Shown here one piece after another: positions 26,395 to 36,345 of a stretch of DNA of 64,000 nucleotides. Location of the stretch: IMG/VR virus record IMGVR_UViG_3300048009_000750; one strand, written 5' to 3'. Position 1 is the first letter of the stretch. Every line of letters begins with the position of its first letter. A model generated the notes under the pieces. It was given only the letters and a program-made list of their open reading frames with translations, had not been told where the DNA came from and did not search any database. A program made the position numbers and the translations under genes. Source of the DNA: an uncultured virus (IMG/VR IMGVR_UViG_3300048009_000750) (taxonomy: Duplodnaviria > Heunggongvirae > Uroviricota > Caudoviricetes).

Positions 26395-26940
26395 TTCACA
26401 CAATAAATTGATATGTACTATAACACTCATTGCATAAGCAAATGCGTGTGCCTTCTTAAAGTAATATTCACCGTTGGTTGGTTTTATCCAAACGTCTTTT
26501 AAGATTTCTTCCCAACTTTGATTTGCCAAATGCCGCTTGGCAGGCCTTATAATCGCAAGGGTAGCAGCCAATTGTTCTACCGATGTGGGCTTCAATTGTT
26601 TCAACAGTTTGTCGTGTCCTGAGAGATGAAAAACTTTGTCTACGAAGTCTTTGTGCTCCAGAAGTTGCCATAGTGGTGTCCTTTCCATTAATTCTGTTAG
26701 ATGTTCCTCGTTGCGTATATCTTTGTAGATGCTTACATTAAGGAAGTCTAGTTTGAAGTAGCCACGTTCTTCCGCAGTCTTATGTTCAATAGTACTTATG
26801 CCATCTATAGGATTATGCGGAATCTCTGTAGTGTAAACACCAGTGTTGTGCTTCTTGCCTGTATCTAGTTTTGCCACACGATGTTTTAGCTGTGATAGTA
26901 TCACATCTCTGTCTGCAAAATCTATATCAATATCTGGCAT
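26380..26940 (-). CDS. Minimal DnaE-like polymerase fragment (186 aa)
   Basis: MPDIDIDF, KHNTGVY, GYFKLDFL, LAIIRP, FKKAHAFAY. Confidence 0.85.
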   Translation of the reverse strand: MPDIDIDFADRDVILSQLKHRVAKLDTGKKHNTGVYTTEIPHNPIDGISTIEHKTAEERGYFKLDFLNVSIYKDIRNEEHLTELMERTPLWQLLEHKDFVDKVFHLSGHDKLLKQLKPTSVEQLAATLAIIRPAKRHLANQSWEEILKDVWIKPTNGEYYFKKAHAFAYAMSVIVHINLLCELAFS

Positions 26941-26951
26941 TTATTTACTCC

Positions 26952-27632
26952 TCATAGTTTTGCTTCTTTCACAACTTGTTTTACAAGTTCAACATCTTTT
27001 GGCTGTCGTTTAAATCTTAATGCCCAGTGCTGAGGATCTAGTACATTGTTTAACATTCCTAATTGTTCGTCATTAAGTTCGTTTAAAACTTTTTTACCAC
27101 TATTACAGTTTAGTACCAGCCAAGGAGAAATTTTACCATCTTTAATATCCCAGGTTATTCTATTTGTACTTGCATATAAAAAGTAGTGATTATATGAACT
27201 ATTTTTTTCTTTACTCCATTCAGCCATAGTATTTATTGAGCGTTCTAATGCGGTTTCAACTCCTTCTTTGCGAATAAGTTCAATTGCATATTTTTCATAC
27301 ATTTCATCACGACACCAGTGATCAAGTTTTACATTACTAGTAACAACATAATCGATATATTTGTCAGGATACAAAGGACGCACGTTATTAACAAAACTGC
27401 CAAACTTAACAAAAGCATTGTAAAATGATGACTTAACAAATTCTTCATATGTTTTATCTTTTTTATGTCCTGCACTTAATGTGTAAAATCTTTGAAATGC
27501 ATAAAATCCTAGGGTAACACGTTTTTCATCTTTTTGTAGCCAGCGTCTTTTGGGCTCACACATATGCGCTAAGAGTGTGCTTTCTTTAACATAACTCTTA
27601 TTACAATATTCACAAGTATATTTAGATGTCAA
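26952..27632 (-). CDS. Hypothetical protein with N-terminal zinc finger (CEYC...HMC)
   Basis: Zinc-finger pattern; start uncertain (TTG 27632 chosen). Confidence 0.75.
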   Translation of the reverse strand: MTSKYTCEYCNKSYVKESTLLAHMCEPKRRWLQKDEKRVTLGFYAFQRFYTLSAGHKKDKTYEEFVKSSFYNAFVKFGSFVNNVRPLYPDKYIDYVVTSNVKLDHWCRDEMYEKYAIELIRKEGVETALERSINTMAEWSKEKNSSYNHYFLYASTNRITWDIKDGKISPWLVLNCNSGKKVLNELNDEQLGMLNNVLDPQHWALRFKRQPKDVELVKQVVKEAKL

Positions 27633-28092
27633 CTTTTTCGTAACCGTATTCAAGGGCGAGTTGTTTAATTTCTTTTTTTGTAGATATTCTAGCAAGGGTT
27701 TCTACCTCGTCCATTTTCATTTCAGGATATATGTTTGATAATAATTTTACTGCTTTGCTGCTGTCGTCTTTTTTCTTTTTGAGTCCAATCCAAGGATGAA
27801 ACTGTTTCTTTCCTGTTTTACCTGCAACGCATAATAATTGCCATTGTAACTTCACGTGATTAGTACCGCCGAGCACATTCCAATTTTTGTTGTAGTATTC
27901 ATTAACTTTAAACAATGCTAATGCGGTCTTTTCGTAATTGCCTTTTACACTACTAATATAACGGTTCAAGTTCCATAAGTCAAGTTTTATATCTTTCTTG
28001 CCATCTTCACTTGCTGCATCATACAACTCTTTAATGCCCATATCAATAGCAGGAATAAGTTCTTTAAAAAGATCTAATTCTTTATTTGGCAT
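27622..28092 (-). CDS. Putative clamp-loader small subunit (gp62-like) or replication accessory protein
   Basis: QWQLL...FHPWI...YP.MKMDE pattern; start reassigned to ATG 28092; function tentative. Confidence 0.55.
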   Translation of the reverse strand: MPNKELDLFKELIPAIDMGIKELYDAASEDGKKDIKLDLWNLNRYISSVKGNYEKTALALFKVNEYYNKNWNVLGGTNHVKLQWQLLCVAGKTGKKQFHPWIGLKKKKDDSSKAVKLLSNIYPEMKMDEVETLARISTKKEIKQLALEYGYEKVDI

Positions 28093-28240
28093 TTTTTGCT
28101 GGCGCTTTCTTTTTCTTTGAACCAAATGTATATACAATATCTTCAGTGATAGCACCCGCTTCACAAATTGTAATTTTATTATTTTTTAACCATTGTTCGA
28201 TTAATTTTTTATCTTCTTTAACAATTATTTCTTTAGCCAT
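28082..28240 (-). CDS. Small hypothetical protein (52 aa, MAKEIIVKEDKKLIEQWLKNNKITIC...)
   Basis: Fills the gap and overlaps both neighbours. Confidence 0.6.
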   Translation of the reverse strand: MAKEIIVKEDKKLIEQWLKNNKITICEAGAITEDIVYTFGSKKKKAPAKNAK

Positions 28241-28901
28241 TATTTTTTTCCCACTTTTCTAAATCTGCTGGTGTGTTTATTTCTATACCATTAAATTCTA
28301 CTTCAACTACGCCTATACGTACACCATTTTGTATCCAACGTAACTGCTCTAGTTTTTCAATATCTTCTTCTACAAATTTTGTACTTGCATTATACATAGC
28401 CTTTGCTTCTCTATTATAACCATATATACCTAAATGATGATCGCCATATTCTAAACTAGCACGTAAAAACCAATGTGCTCTGCCCCTGCTGTGTATCATT
28501 TTAACACTGTTTGGATCATTTCGCAAGTTAAAATCCATAGGTGTATATGCCGTTGCTACATCGCTTCTATGTAATTCATTTTCAACTGCAAGTATTATTT
28601 GTGCTGTAATATCTGGCATATCTCCTTGCACATTTATATATCTATCGTATTGTAGTACTTCGTCAATTGCTTGCATACAACGTTCGGTGCCATTTTCTGC
28701 TTGTTGTGTCATAATGCACTTACCAGCGCCTATATGATTGTACACTTCTTGTGCATCTGTGAGAACATATGTATCTAGTCCTGTAGCTGCACATTTATTG
28801 TAAACAACCTCTACTAAAGGAACTCCATTTAGTGGTGCCATCATTTTACCAGGAAATCTTGTGCTTGCATATCTTGCAGGGATTAATATTGCTGTTGTCA
28901 T
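28233..28901 (-). CDS. kdsB: 3-deoxy-manno-octulosonate cytidylyltransferase (CMP-Kdo synthetase)
   Basis: IPARYASTRFPGK, GTERC, INVQGDMP, HLGIYGY, EKLEQLR. Confidence 0.92.
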   Translation of the reverse strand: MTTAILIPARYASTRFPGKMMAPLNGVPLVEVVYNKCAATGLDTYVLTDAQEVYNHIGAGKCIMTQQAENGTERCMQAIDEVLQYDRYINVQGDMPDITAQIILAVENELHRSDVATAYTPMDFNLRNDPNSVKMIHSRGRAHWFLRASLEYGDHHLGIYGYNREAKAMYNASTKFVEEDIEKLEQLRWIQNGVRIGVVEVEFNGIEINTPADLEKWEKNNG

Positions 28902-28902
28902 T

Positions 28903-29469
28903 TTACATCCTTATCATTTCGTACAAATTATCCTGTACCTTTTGTACAGTAGGAATAGCGTTAAAATCTACGTAAGTTTGATTGCTAAACTTACAACTAT
29001 TTTTTGTTAACATTACTTTTGCCTTTGTCTTATGTAACCAAAAGTTAAATCCTAGCGGTCTGTCTCGAACACAAATATCCCAGGCTGCTCCGTACATATA
29101 AACTGATTGTATTTCATCAATGTTTTGAAACTCCCAAGGATAATGTATTGTATACACATTTTTTGTTTTTGTCAACCTCCATACTTCTGGATTTGTTAAG
29201 TGATCTCTTCTACCATTATGCATTTTATCGTAATCAATGTTTTTTATTTTTTTATTCCAATTATCACTTCCTACGAATTTTCTTGTGTCTAATGCTATTG
29301 GTGTTTTCCATTCTTTTTTTATAACATCATATGAAGCAACAATAACTGTATCGATTGTTTTATTGGTGTCAATTTCTTTTATCCATTTTTTGTGTGTAAG
29401 TTTAGTAAATAGATCTAAGTTAGAATTTTTGTCTACCCAAAAATCAATTAATACAGCAACATTTTTCAT
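28903..29469 (-). CDS. Hypothetical protein, possibly isochorismatase-like cysteine hydrolase
   Basis: VLIDFW and GAAWDICV motifs; TGATG coupling to kdsA. Confidence 0.6.
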   Translation of the reverse strand: MKNVAVLIDFWVDKNSNLDLFTKLTHKKWIKEIDTNKTIDTVIVASYDVIKKEWKTPIALDTRKFVGSDNWNKKIKNIDYDKMHNGRRDHLTNPEVWRLTKTKNVYTIHYPWEFQNIDEIQSVYMYGAAWDICVRDRPLGFNFWLHKTKAKVMLTKNSCKFSNQTYVDFNAIPTVQKVQDNLYEMIRM

Positions 29470-30257
29470 CACATCCAATGCCAGCTATTGCCTGCTCTGT
29501 AGCAGTGATATATCTGCTTAACTACGTCTTCAAAATCTTTTAGGTACAACATATTAGGACCATCGCTTGGTGCAGCATCAGGATCTTTATGTACTTCTAT
29601 GAAAAAATTTGTAATCCCAAGAGCACTGCTTGCCCTAGCCAGACCAGGAATATAATCCCTGTTGCCACCACTAGATTCCCCAAGTCCTCCGGGCTTTTGG
29701 CACGAGTGGCTAATATCGTACACAATTGGAGTGTTATAAGTGTCAAGCATATACTGCAAACCAGTAAAGTCAACGACAAGATTATTGTAACCAAAACTTG
29801 TTCCCCTTTCAGTTATCCAAACTTCTTTGGCACCTTCTGTTTTAGATAAAATGCCTTTGACGTCCCAGGGTGCAAGGAACTGTCCTTTTTTAATATTAAC
29901 AATTTTATCTGTAGCACAGGCCGCTTTGATTAAGTCAGTCTGTCTACACAAGAATGCAGGTATCTGTAATACATCTACAACATCTCCTAACATATCTATT
30001 TTGTGTATTTGTTCTATAGTATGTACATCAGTTAATGTTTTTACATTGAATTTTTCTTTGATCGCTTTGAAATCTGTCATAGTAGGTCCAAAGCCGGCAC
30101 CACGTTTGCCTTGCATACTACTACGGTTTGCCTTATCAAAACTTGCCTTAAAGTAATATTCAATGTTATACCTATCACATACTCGTTTACATTCACGTGC
30201 AATTTCTGAACTTTGTGCTAATGTCTCGTGCTGACACGGTCCTGCAATAATTCTCAT
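29469..30257 (-). CDS. kdsA: Kdo-8-phosphate synthase
   Basis: IIAGPC, FKASFDKANRSS, LQIPAFLCRQTDL, NIKKGQF, ERGTSFGY, SDGPN. Confidence 0.95.
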   Translation of the reverse strand: MRIIAGPCQHETLAQSSEIARECKRVCDRYNIEYYFKASFDKANRSSMQGKRGAGFGPTMTDFKAIKEKFNVKTLTDVHTIEQIHKIDMLGDVVDVLQIPAFLCRQTDLIKAACATDKIVNIKKGQFLAPWDVKGILSKTEGAKEVWITERGTSFGYNNLVVDFTGLQYMLDTYNTPIVYDISHSCQKPGGLGESSGGNRDYIPGLARASSALGITNFFIEVHKDPDAAPSDGPNMLYLKDFEDVVKQIYHCYRAGNSWHWM

Positions 30258-30517
30258 TTTGATTCCTTTATAAGATAGTAAGTTGTTACTAGTTTATCAA
30301 GTTGTTTCATCAAAGTTTTGTTTTGTAATGCTAGTTCACATAGTTCTTTCCAACTACCATAATCCAACAACTCACCTTGCGCTCTGGCAACTGCACCCGG
30401 ATCTCCTCCGATAATCCATCTTGGTTTAGTGTTATGAGGAGGATCTCGATACCTTGCCCAAACTACTCCGTTTGCACGTTCGTAAATCAATGCTTCCCCT
30501 GTAACAAGTTTACTCAT
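30254..30517 (-). CDS. Hypothetical protein
   Basis: 87-aa coupled ORF. Confidence 0.75.
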   Translation of the reverse strand: MSKLVTGEALIYERANGVVWARYRDPPHNTKPRWIIGGDPGAVARAQGELLDYGSWKELCELALQNKTLMKQLDKLVTTYYLIKESK

Positions 30518-31058
30518 TTTTTTCTAACAAAACAATATACTTAACCATATGTATTTGCTGTCCTTGTATAAATTTTTCTTTTTCTTTAACTTTTTCAAAC
30601 ACAATCTTCCAGTTATATTTTGAAAGTTTGTTTTTCCACCAGTCAGGTGTTTCTACAATTAAATGAGCATTTCTTCCGTCTTTTAGTTTTTTCTTTGCTG
30701 GATGACAAGCAATTAAATGATATTGATATTTTGTTGTAATATTAAAAAGCATATCTAGTGTTTCTTCAAGATATGCCGGCTCTATGTGTTCTAGGACATC
30801 GCTACTATATGTCATATCAACAGTAGTTGGTAAATCTATACAAGATGTTACAGGATCGTATGTATATAAATTAATATCTTTATAATGTTCTTTTACAGTA
30901 TTAGAAAAGAATCCCTTTCCACTTCCAAAATCCAATAAGCTTTTTATTTTTTCTAAATAAGGCAAAATTGTTTTAGGTAAGTTTGTTCCACCACTTCCGA
31001 ATTTAGTTGTGTTATGCAGATGCGAAAGTTGATCTAGATATTCTTTTGATAAACTCAT
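30510..31058 (-). CDS. SAM-dependent methyltransferase
   Basis: LLDFGSGKG, YDP, DVLEHI. Confidence 0.85.
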   Translation of the reverse strand: MSLSKEYLDQLSHLHNTTKFGSGGTNLPKTILPYLEKIKSLLDFGSGKGFFSNTVKEHYKDINLYTYDPVTSCIDLPTTVDMTYSSDVLEHIEPAYLEETLDMLFNITTKYQYHLIACHPAKKKLKDGRNAHLIVETPDWWKNKLSKYNWKIVFEKVKEKEKFIQGQQIHMVKYIVLLEKNE

Positions 31059-31399
31059 ACAGTTGTACCAACAGACCTTCTTACAATATCATTGTGATTA
31101 AACTCAGCCCAATACAGTTCAAAAGCAATACCGTCTTCTAATCCTTCGAACTGATGAATTACTCCTGGCTTGACTTGTGTAAAGTCTCCTGGACCAAGAA
31201 TAGTTTCATCTACTAAGTCGTAATCTTTTTGCCATACACGAACTAGCATTTTTCCCGACTCGACAAAAAATCCGTTCCATTTAAATTGATGTTCGTGTTC
31301 GCTACACTTGTAGCCACCTTTGAATTCAATCCGGTGAAACTCTAGTACACCGTTAGCGTGGATAAGTTCAGTTTGTCCCCAAATCTTTCCTGCTTTCAT
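31055..31399 (-). CDS. Cupin protein (sugar isomerase-like)
   Basis: KIWG, CSEHEH, PGVIHQF. Confidence 0.8.
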   Translation of the reverse strand: MKAGKIWGQTELIHANGVLEFHRIEFKGGYKCSEHEHQFKWNGFFVESGKMLVRVWQKDYDLVDETILGPGDFTQVKPGVIHQFEGLEDGIAFELYWAEFNHNDIVRRSVGTTV

Positions 31400-31408
31400 A
31401 TTAATCTC

Positions 31409-31915
31409 CTATAACAATTTTCCAAAGTCAATAACTTCACTTTGGCGGTTTATATCTTTTACAAAAAAGGCACAATACGGATTATCGCCTTCTTCTATTG
31501 GAACACTTAAAAGTTGACCTGTTTTAAGCTTTGGAAAATACCATTTTACATCATTGTAAAAATTTACTATTTCTATTGTTCCAAATTTTGGGTTACTACT
31601 TGTTAACGGGTTAAAAAGGTATGCTTCAAACCCTCTTTGATTTAAACTTGTTAGTGGTAGTACTTCTAAGTCACTTCCTGCTTGACTACAACCCACTGCT
31701 AAACACCAATCCAATGGCATTGTTATCTGCTTATTATTTATTTCAAGTACAACTGCCGGTGAACTAAAGCTTTCTAAAAAAATTAATGGGATAAAAAAGA
31801 AATCTGGATCTTGAGGATTACTATTATCTAGCACACTAAATCTTACTGAATCGTCTACTTCTTCTGGTACTGTATTTAAATTAAAACTTTTGTTTTCTAA
31901 TGTTAAAATATTCAT
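31409..31915 (-). CDS. Hypothetical protein
   Basis: 168-aa ORF directly downstream of the helicase. Confidence 0.8.
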   Translation of the reverse strand: MNILTLENKSFNLNTVPEEVDDSVRFSVLDNSNPQDPDFFFIPLIFLESFSSPAVVLEINNKQITMPLDWCLAVGCSQAGSDLEVLPLTSLNQRGFEAYLFNPLTSSNPKFGTIEIVNFYNDVKWYFPKLKTGQLLSVPIEEGDNPYCAFFVKDINRQSEVIDFGKLL

Positions 31916-33379
31916 TTATTTCCAATCCACTTTTTCTATTGTGAATGGGTATTGTGCTTCCTTATAAAACTTTTTACGTTGGGTAAGGTGCCGCTTCGCA
32001 AACTTACAAGTGCTTGTAAGATCCCATATTTGTACGAAGTCTTTGTCTTTTGCCTTTCGAACGCCTCTGCCTATGCTTTGTATAACTCGAACAAAACTCT
32101 TTCCTGGCTCTATAAGAACAAGATTGAAAATTCTAGGTATGTTTAAGCCAACTGCTGCAACGCCGTATGTTGCAATAATAACTTTGTTTGTACCTTCTTT
32201 AATTTCGTCGTAAGTTTCTTTTCTGTCTTTTACTTTAACACTACCGCTAACAAATGTGCTATCGGGTATTAGTTCTGCTAACATTTCACCTGCACTAATC
32301 CTATCTACAAGTATTAAAGTATTGCCTGATTCTTTTACTGTTTTTAATAATTTGCCTAAATAATTTATTCTATCTTGATTTGTTACAAGATATTTTAATT
32401 CTTCCTGATAACCTCTGTGTGCTACTGTATCAATAAGTTGCACAATATTTACGTGACATTGCGATAGTACACCTTTGTCTTGCAATTCTTTAGCACTAAT
32501 GTTTCCAATAACTGGACCCAATGAAGCGTGTATGCTTTCAAACTCAAACTTCTCTTTAGGTACTGTACCAGTTAGTCCCCAACGTATGGGTGCATTACGT
32601 AGGTTGCGTGTAAGCAAGTTCTTGAGAACTTCTGCTTTAGCTTGGTGTACTTCGTCAACAATAATAGTGCTTACACCTTCCAAGAACTCTGCAAGTGATA
32701 ACACTGCTGATCCGTCCTTGTTCTTCTTGTCGAGTATATTCAAACTCTGCCAAGTGCAAATAGTGTGAGTCTTACCTAGGTTCTTCCTGTCTCCGAAGTA
32801 CACCCCTACATCCAAGCCGCAGTTAATATAGTCCTCTTCTGTTTGTTCTACCAACGACTTGTTAGGAACAATCACAAGACTTCTGCCATACGGCTCGCTT
32901 ATGTGTGACAGCGTTGCTGTGGTAATTGTTTTGCCTGCACCAGTAGCAATCTGTTGCAAGCTCTGTGGATTTTCTAAGAAATTGTTAATTGCTTCTACTT
33001 GATAGTCACGTAGAATAATATCTTCGCCTTCTGCTGGATGTCCTTCAGGCCATACAACGCCTTGGTCTTTCCAGTATGTTTCTGTGACTGGTTTGAAGTT
33101 TAATTGTATTGGATGACGTCTATCATCAATGTCAACAATTTGTACTCTGTTCTTAGCAAGTACTTCTTGTACAACATCAAGATGATTAACATAGCCAGTA
33201 CCGCCTATGCCAAAGAAAGCAACCTTGCCGTCCCAACGTCCTAGTTTGTACTGCGGCATATATCTTGCATATGGCACATCGAACTTGAGAGCATTTGACA
33301 ACTTCCGCCGAACATCGACTTCTAGTCCTTCTAGTTTAATATTTACTTCGTCTTCAATTATTAATCTACAAGTTGCCAA
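31916..33379 (-). CDS. uvsW: SF2 DNA helicase (UvsW-like)
   Basis: LRDYQ, ATGAGKT, DEVH, GLTGT, QSIGRGVR. Confidence 0.92.
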   Translation of the reverse strand: MATCRLIIEDEVNIKLEGLEVDVRRKLSNALKFDVPYARYMPQYKLGRWDGKVAFFGIGGTGYVNHLDVVQEVLAKNRVQIVDIDDRRHPIQLNFKPVTETYWKDQGVVWPEGHPAEGEDIILRDYQVEAINNFLENPQSLQQIATGAGKTITTATLSHISEPYGRSLVIVPNKSLVEQTEEDYINCGLDVGVYFGDRKNLGKTHTICTWQSLNILDKKNKDGSAVLSLAEFLEGVSTIIVDEVHQAKAEVLKNLLTRNLRNAPIRWGLTGTVPKEKFEFESIHASLGPVIGNISAKELQDKGVLSQCHVNIVQLIDTVAHRGYQEELKYLVTNQDRINYLGKLLKTVKESGNTLILVDRISAGEMLAELIPDSTFVSGSVKVKDRKETYDEIKEGTNKVIIATYGVAAVGLNIPRIFNLVLIEPGKSFVRVIQSIGRGVRKAKDKDFVQIWDLTSTCKFAKRHLTQRKKFYKEAQYPFTIEKVDWK

Positions 33380-34596
33380 TTATTAAATCCTTTGGTATAG
33401 TATGTTTCAGTAAAACTACTTAAACTTATATCATTGTAAACTATCAAATCGCAATTAAAATTTACATAATTAGTTACTAATCTATTAGAACGTAAGCTAG
33501 ATTTACAAACTGCTGTTCGTGGCTTAAAATCTGTTTTAAGTAAAACTTTAGGTAGTTTATCTTTTTTAATATACACTACTTTTGTTGTTTTGTCTACCCA
33601 GTTGTTAAGAATATTTTCTTTAACAAAATTATTCAGTTGATTATTTTTTTTATCACTACTTTCAACTCTAAACATAACACTTTGTAAATTATTTGGAACG
33701 TATTTTGATATTGCTGTATGCATTTCTTTAACTTGATCAAATGCATCGTCTTTATCTATACAAACTATCAAAGGATATCTTTCTAAATAATCTATACAAT
33801 TTACTATATCGTATAAACTATTTGTTTCAATGTTAGCAAGTACAGTTGGTTGTTTGCGATATGCAATCTTATCTAATAATGTATTGTCTTGTATATCAGA
33901 AACGTAAAACCCATACGCAATAGATAAATCTGCAATTTTTAATTTTTCAGTCGATTGTAATTGCGTAGCAACATTTGTATCTACATTTAAAAATTTATTA
34001 TTTTTATATTGGGGAATAAATGCATCTTTATTATCATAAATTTGCTGTACTTTTTTAGATACATCTGTAATAGTTTGATCAATTTGCCAATCAGGAAATG
34101 CTGAATGTAATTTGTAACAATTTAATGCAGTAAATTTAAAATAATGTTCGTGAGAGTTTTTTTCGTGAAAGTATGTTTTATTATTGTTACTATGTATAAT
34201 TGACTCTAACTTTGTTATATATTTTTTATTAAAAGGAAATCTAATTTTTATATATAGTCCTTCTTTTAATGAATAATGTGATCTACTATTTTTAACAATA
34301 TTATCAAATTCAACAAGTGATATATATTTTGATCTATCTATTTCTCTAAACTCAGTGCTTATACTTTGTAATGCAGCACTCCAATTAGGTATGTTATTTT
34401 TTTCAAATTGTTTTGTATATATTTCTAATTTTAATTTTAGTAAATTATATTGTCTATCTGTGAGAGCAACACCCTTAACAATTTGTCTATCAAAACTATT
34501 CAATAACGATAAGTCAGAATCTCTCAATGCGAAAGTGTGTCCCCATTTGCCTAAGACACACGCTAACAAGTCTTCGATGTATTGTATTTCATTCAT
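33361..34596 (-). CDS. Hypothetical protein (AT-rich gene)
   Basis: 411-aa ORF with its own sigma70 promoter. Confidence 0.8.
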   Translation of the reverse strand: MNEIQYIEDLLACVLGKWGHTFALRDSDLSLLNSFDRQIVKGVALTDRQYNLLKLKLEIYTKQFEKNNIPNWSAALQSISTEFREIDRSKYISLVEFDNIVKNSRSHYSLKEGLYIKIRFPFNKKYITKLESIIHSNNNKTYFHEKNSHEHYFKFTALNCYKLHSAFPDWQIDQTITDVSKKVQQIYDNKDAFIPQYKNNKFLNVDTNVATQLQSTEKLKIADLSIAYGFYVSDIQDNTLLDKIAYRKQPTVLANIETNSLYDIVNCIDYLERYPLIVCIDKDDAFDQVKEMHTAISKYVPNNLQSVMFRVESSDKKNNQLNNFVKENILNNWVDKTTKVVYIKKDKLPKVLLKTDFKPRTAVCKSSLRSNRLVTNYVNFNCDLIVYNDISLSSFTETYYTKGFNNWQLVD

Positions 34597-34602
34597 AATT
34601 TA

Positions 34603-34631
34603 ACTATAACAGATTATAAATGATTAGTCAA
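34603..34631 (-). promoter_or_regulatory. sigma70-type promoter, probably leaderless transcript
   Basis: TTGACT-17nt-TATAGT; ATG follows 6 nt later. Confidence 0.6.
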
Positions 34632-35465
34632 TCTATTTAAAGGAATACCCTTTTCTATTTCATCTATGGTATATTCTGTCCAAGCATAATCATTTAACCA
34701 TTGTTGTCTTTCGGGTGTGATTGGATTTTTTATCTGCGACAATTCTTGATTTGCTACTTCATAAGCCAAACTACTCGGTCCTGTAAAAACAGGTATGCCT
34801 GCAATTGCTGCTTGCACACCGGGATTACTACTCCAATTAACCACTGCAAAAACATCTTTGAAACTAAGGTTAAAGTCGTCATATGTGTTATCAAGTTTTA
34901 CAGGTTCGTCTCTATAAACATTTTGGTATTGCCTTTCTATATGTTCTAATCTGCATCTAGGATGTGGCCGAAACACAATAGGCATATCTGTATAACTTTT
35001 TATTTCGTCAATTATACTCATCAACCAATTACTCATACGTGGCATATTTTCCCATTGTAAACTTTTATCGTGTTGTCCACAAATTAAAATATGAGTTCCG
35101 CTTGTCTTCCAAGGTTTTAGAAATAACCCAAGAGAATCAGCGCGAGAACTATTATTATGAAGTCCACCAAAATAAGCGTCACGATTAATTCCATTTAGTC
35201 CTACCTTCCAAGTTGTTCCACGTTTTATACCACCTACTTCAAGTACAATAACAGGCTTATTTTGTTTTTTACATACGTTCCATATATGCCTATTTGGAGT
35301 CATTCTTCCGGCAAATAATACACTCCATATTACGTGTACATCAGCACTGCCTATTGAATCATTGTCAGACAAACTATGTCCTGCATTAAGCAAACTATTT
35401 TTAAAAGCATCAAATACTGGCTTTGAATTCATTGCTCCATATTCATTCCATAATTTAAATTTCAT
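34614..35465 (-). CDS. KpsS/KpsC-like capsular polysaccharide (beta-Kdo transferase-like) protein
   Basis: LICGQ..D, FRPHP, NWSSNPGVQAAIAGIPVF. Confidence 0.7.
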   Translation of the reverse strand: MKFKLWNEYGAMNSKPVFDAFKNSLLNAGHSLSDNDSIGSADVHVIWSVLFAGRMTPNRHIWNVCKKQNKPVIVLEVGGIKRGTTWKVGLNGINRDAYFGGLHNNSSRADSLGLFLKPWKTSGTHILICGQHDKSLQWENMPRMSNWLMSIIDEIKSYTDMPIVFRPHPRCRLEHIERQYQNVYRDEPVKLDNTYDDFNLSFKDVFAVVNWSSNPGVQAAIAGIPVFTGPSSLAYEVANQELSQIKNPITPERQQWLNDYAWTEYTIDEIEKGIPLNRLTNHL

Positions 35466-35502
35466 ACTTAAATACTCCAGTACTATTTAACAAGGAAGAA
35501 AT

Positions 35503-36345
35503 ATGGCAAACATAACTGTGGTAACAACATTTCATAAACAAGGACTAGACAAATACGGACAACGTTTCCTAGATAGTTTTGCTGAAAATGTTGATCCAAA
35601 CATAAATTTACTTGTTTATGCAGAGAATTGTTTTCCTGCTATAACTAATAGATCGCAAATAATAGAAATACAAGCAACCAGAGAACTTCCTAAATTAAAT
35701 AAATTTAAACAGCGTTGGAAAGATATACCAAAAGCAAATGGTATACCGCCTGCTGATATTAAAGCACGTAGACCAAGAGATTGGCATAAAGAGTTTAAAT
35801 GGAATGCAATTCGTTTTGCAAACAAAGTTTATGCTGTTTTTGATGCATTTGAAAAAAGCACAGATTGGTGTGTGTGGATGGACGCCGATACATTTGTACA
35901 TAATAAGTGGAGTTACAAACAATTTAAAAAATTGTTGCCAGACGATAAATGGATTACATATGTAGGTAGAGGTAAAGGTTCGCAAACTTGGCCGGAGTGC
36001 GGGTTTTATGGATTAAATAAAAACCATCCAATGTGTATACAATTTATAAAAGAGTTTGAAAGATTTTATGAAGAAGCCGAAAACGGTATTTTTGAATTAG
36101 AAGAATGGCACGATAGTTTTGTTTTTGGACACATTTTAAACCAACTAACAAAAATTGACAATAATGTATTGGATTATAGTGCCGATATGTATTTGAAAGA
36201 AGCAAAAACTGGCGGCGGTGGACATCCGTTAATTAACACTGAACTTGGTAGATGGATAGATCATATGAAAGGTGATAGGAAGAATACTGGTAAAAGTTTA
36301 CCTAAAGATATAATGGTAAAAAGAACCGAAAGTTACTGGACGTAA
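35503..36345 (+). CDS. GT-A fold glycosyltransferase
   Basis: KVYA, WMDAD (DxD), ECGF, WHDS, HMKG. Confidence 0.8.
   Translation: MANITVVTTFHKQGLDKYGQRFLDSFAENVDPNINLLVYAENCFPAITNRSQIIEIQATRELPKLNKFKQRWKDIPKANGIPPADIKARRPRDWHKEFKWNAIRFANKVYAVFDAFEKSTDWCVWMDADTFVHNKWSYKQFKKLLPDDKWITYVGRGKGSQTWPECGFYGLNKNHPMCIQFIKEFERFYEEAENGIFELEEWHDSFVFGHILNQLTKIDNNVLDYSADMYLKEAKTGGGGHPLINTELGRWIDHMKGDRKNTGKSLPKDIMVKRTESYWT

Noticed and set aside
9451..26940. The two DnaE ORFs as halves of one intein- or intron-split gene
   Set aside because: Both contain the same PDxDxD and KxDxL motifs, and no intein termini or homing endonuclease is present
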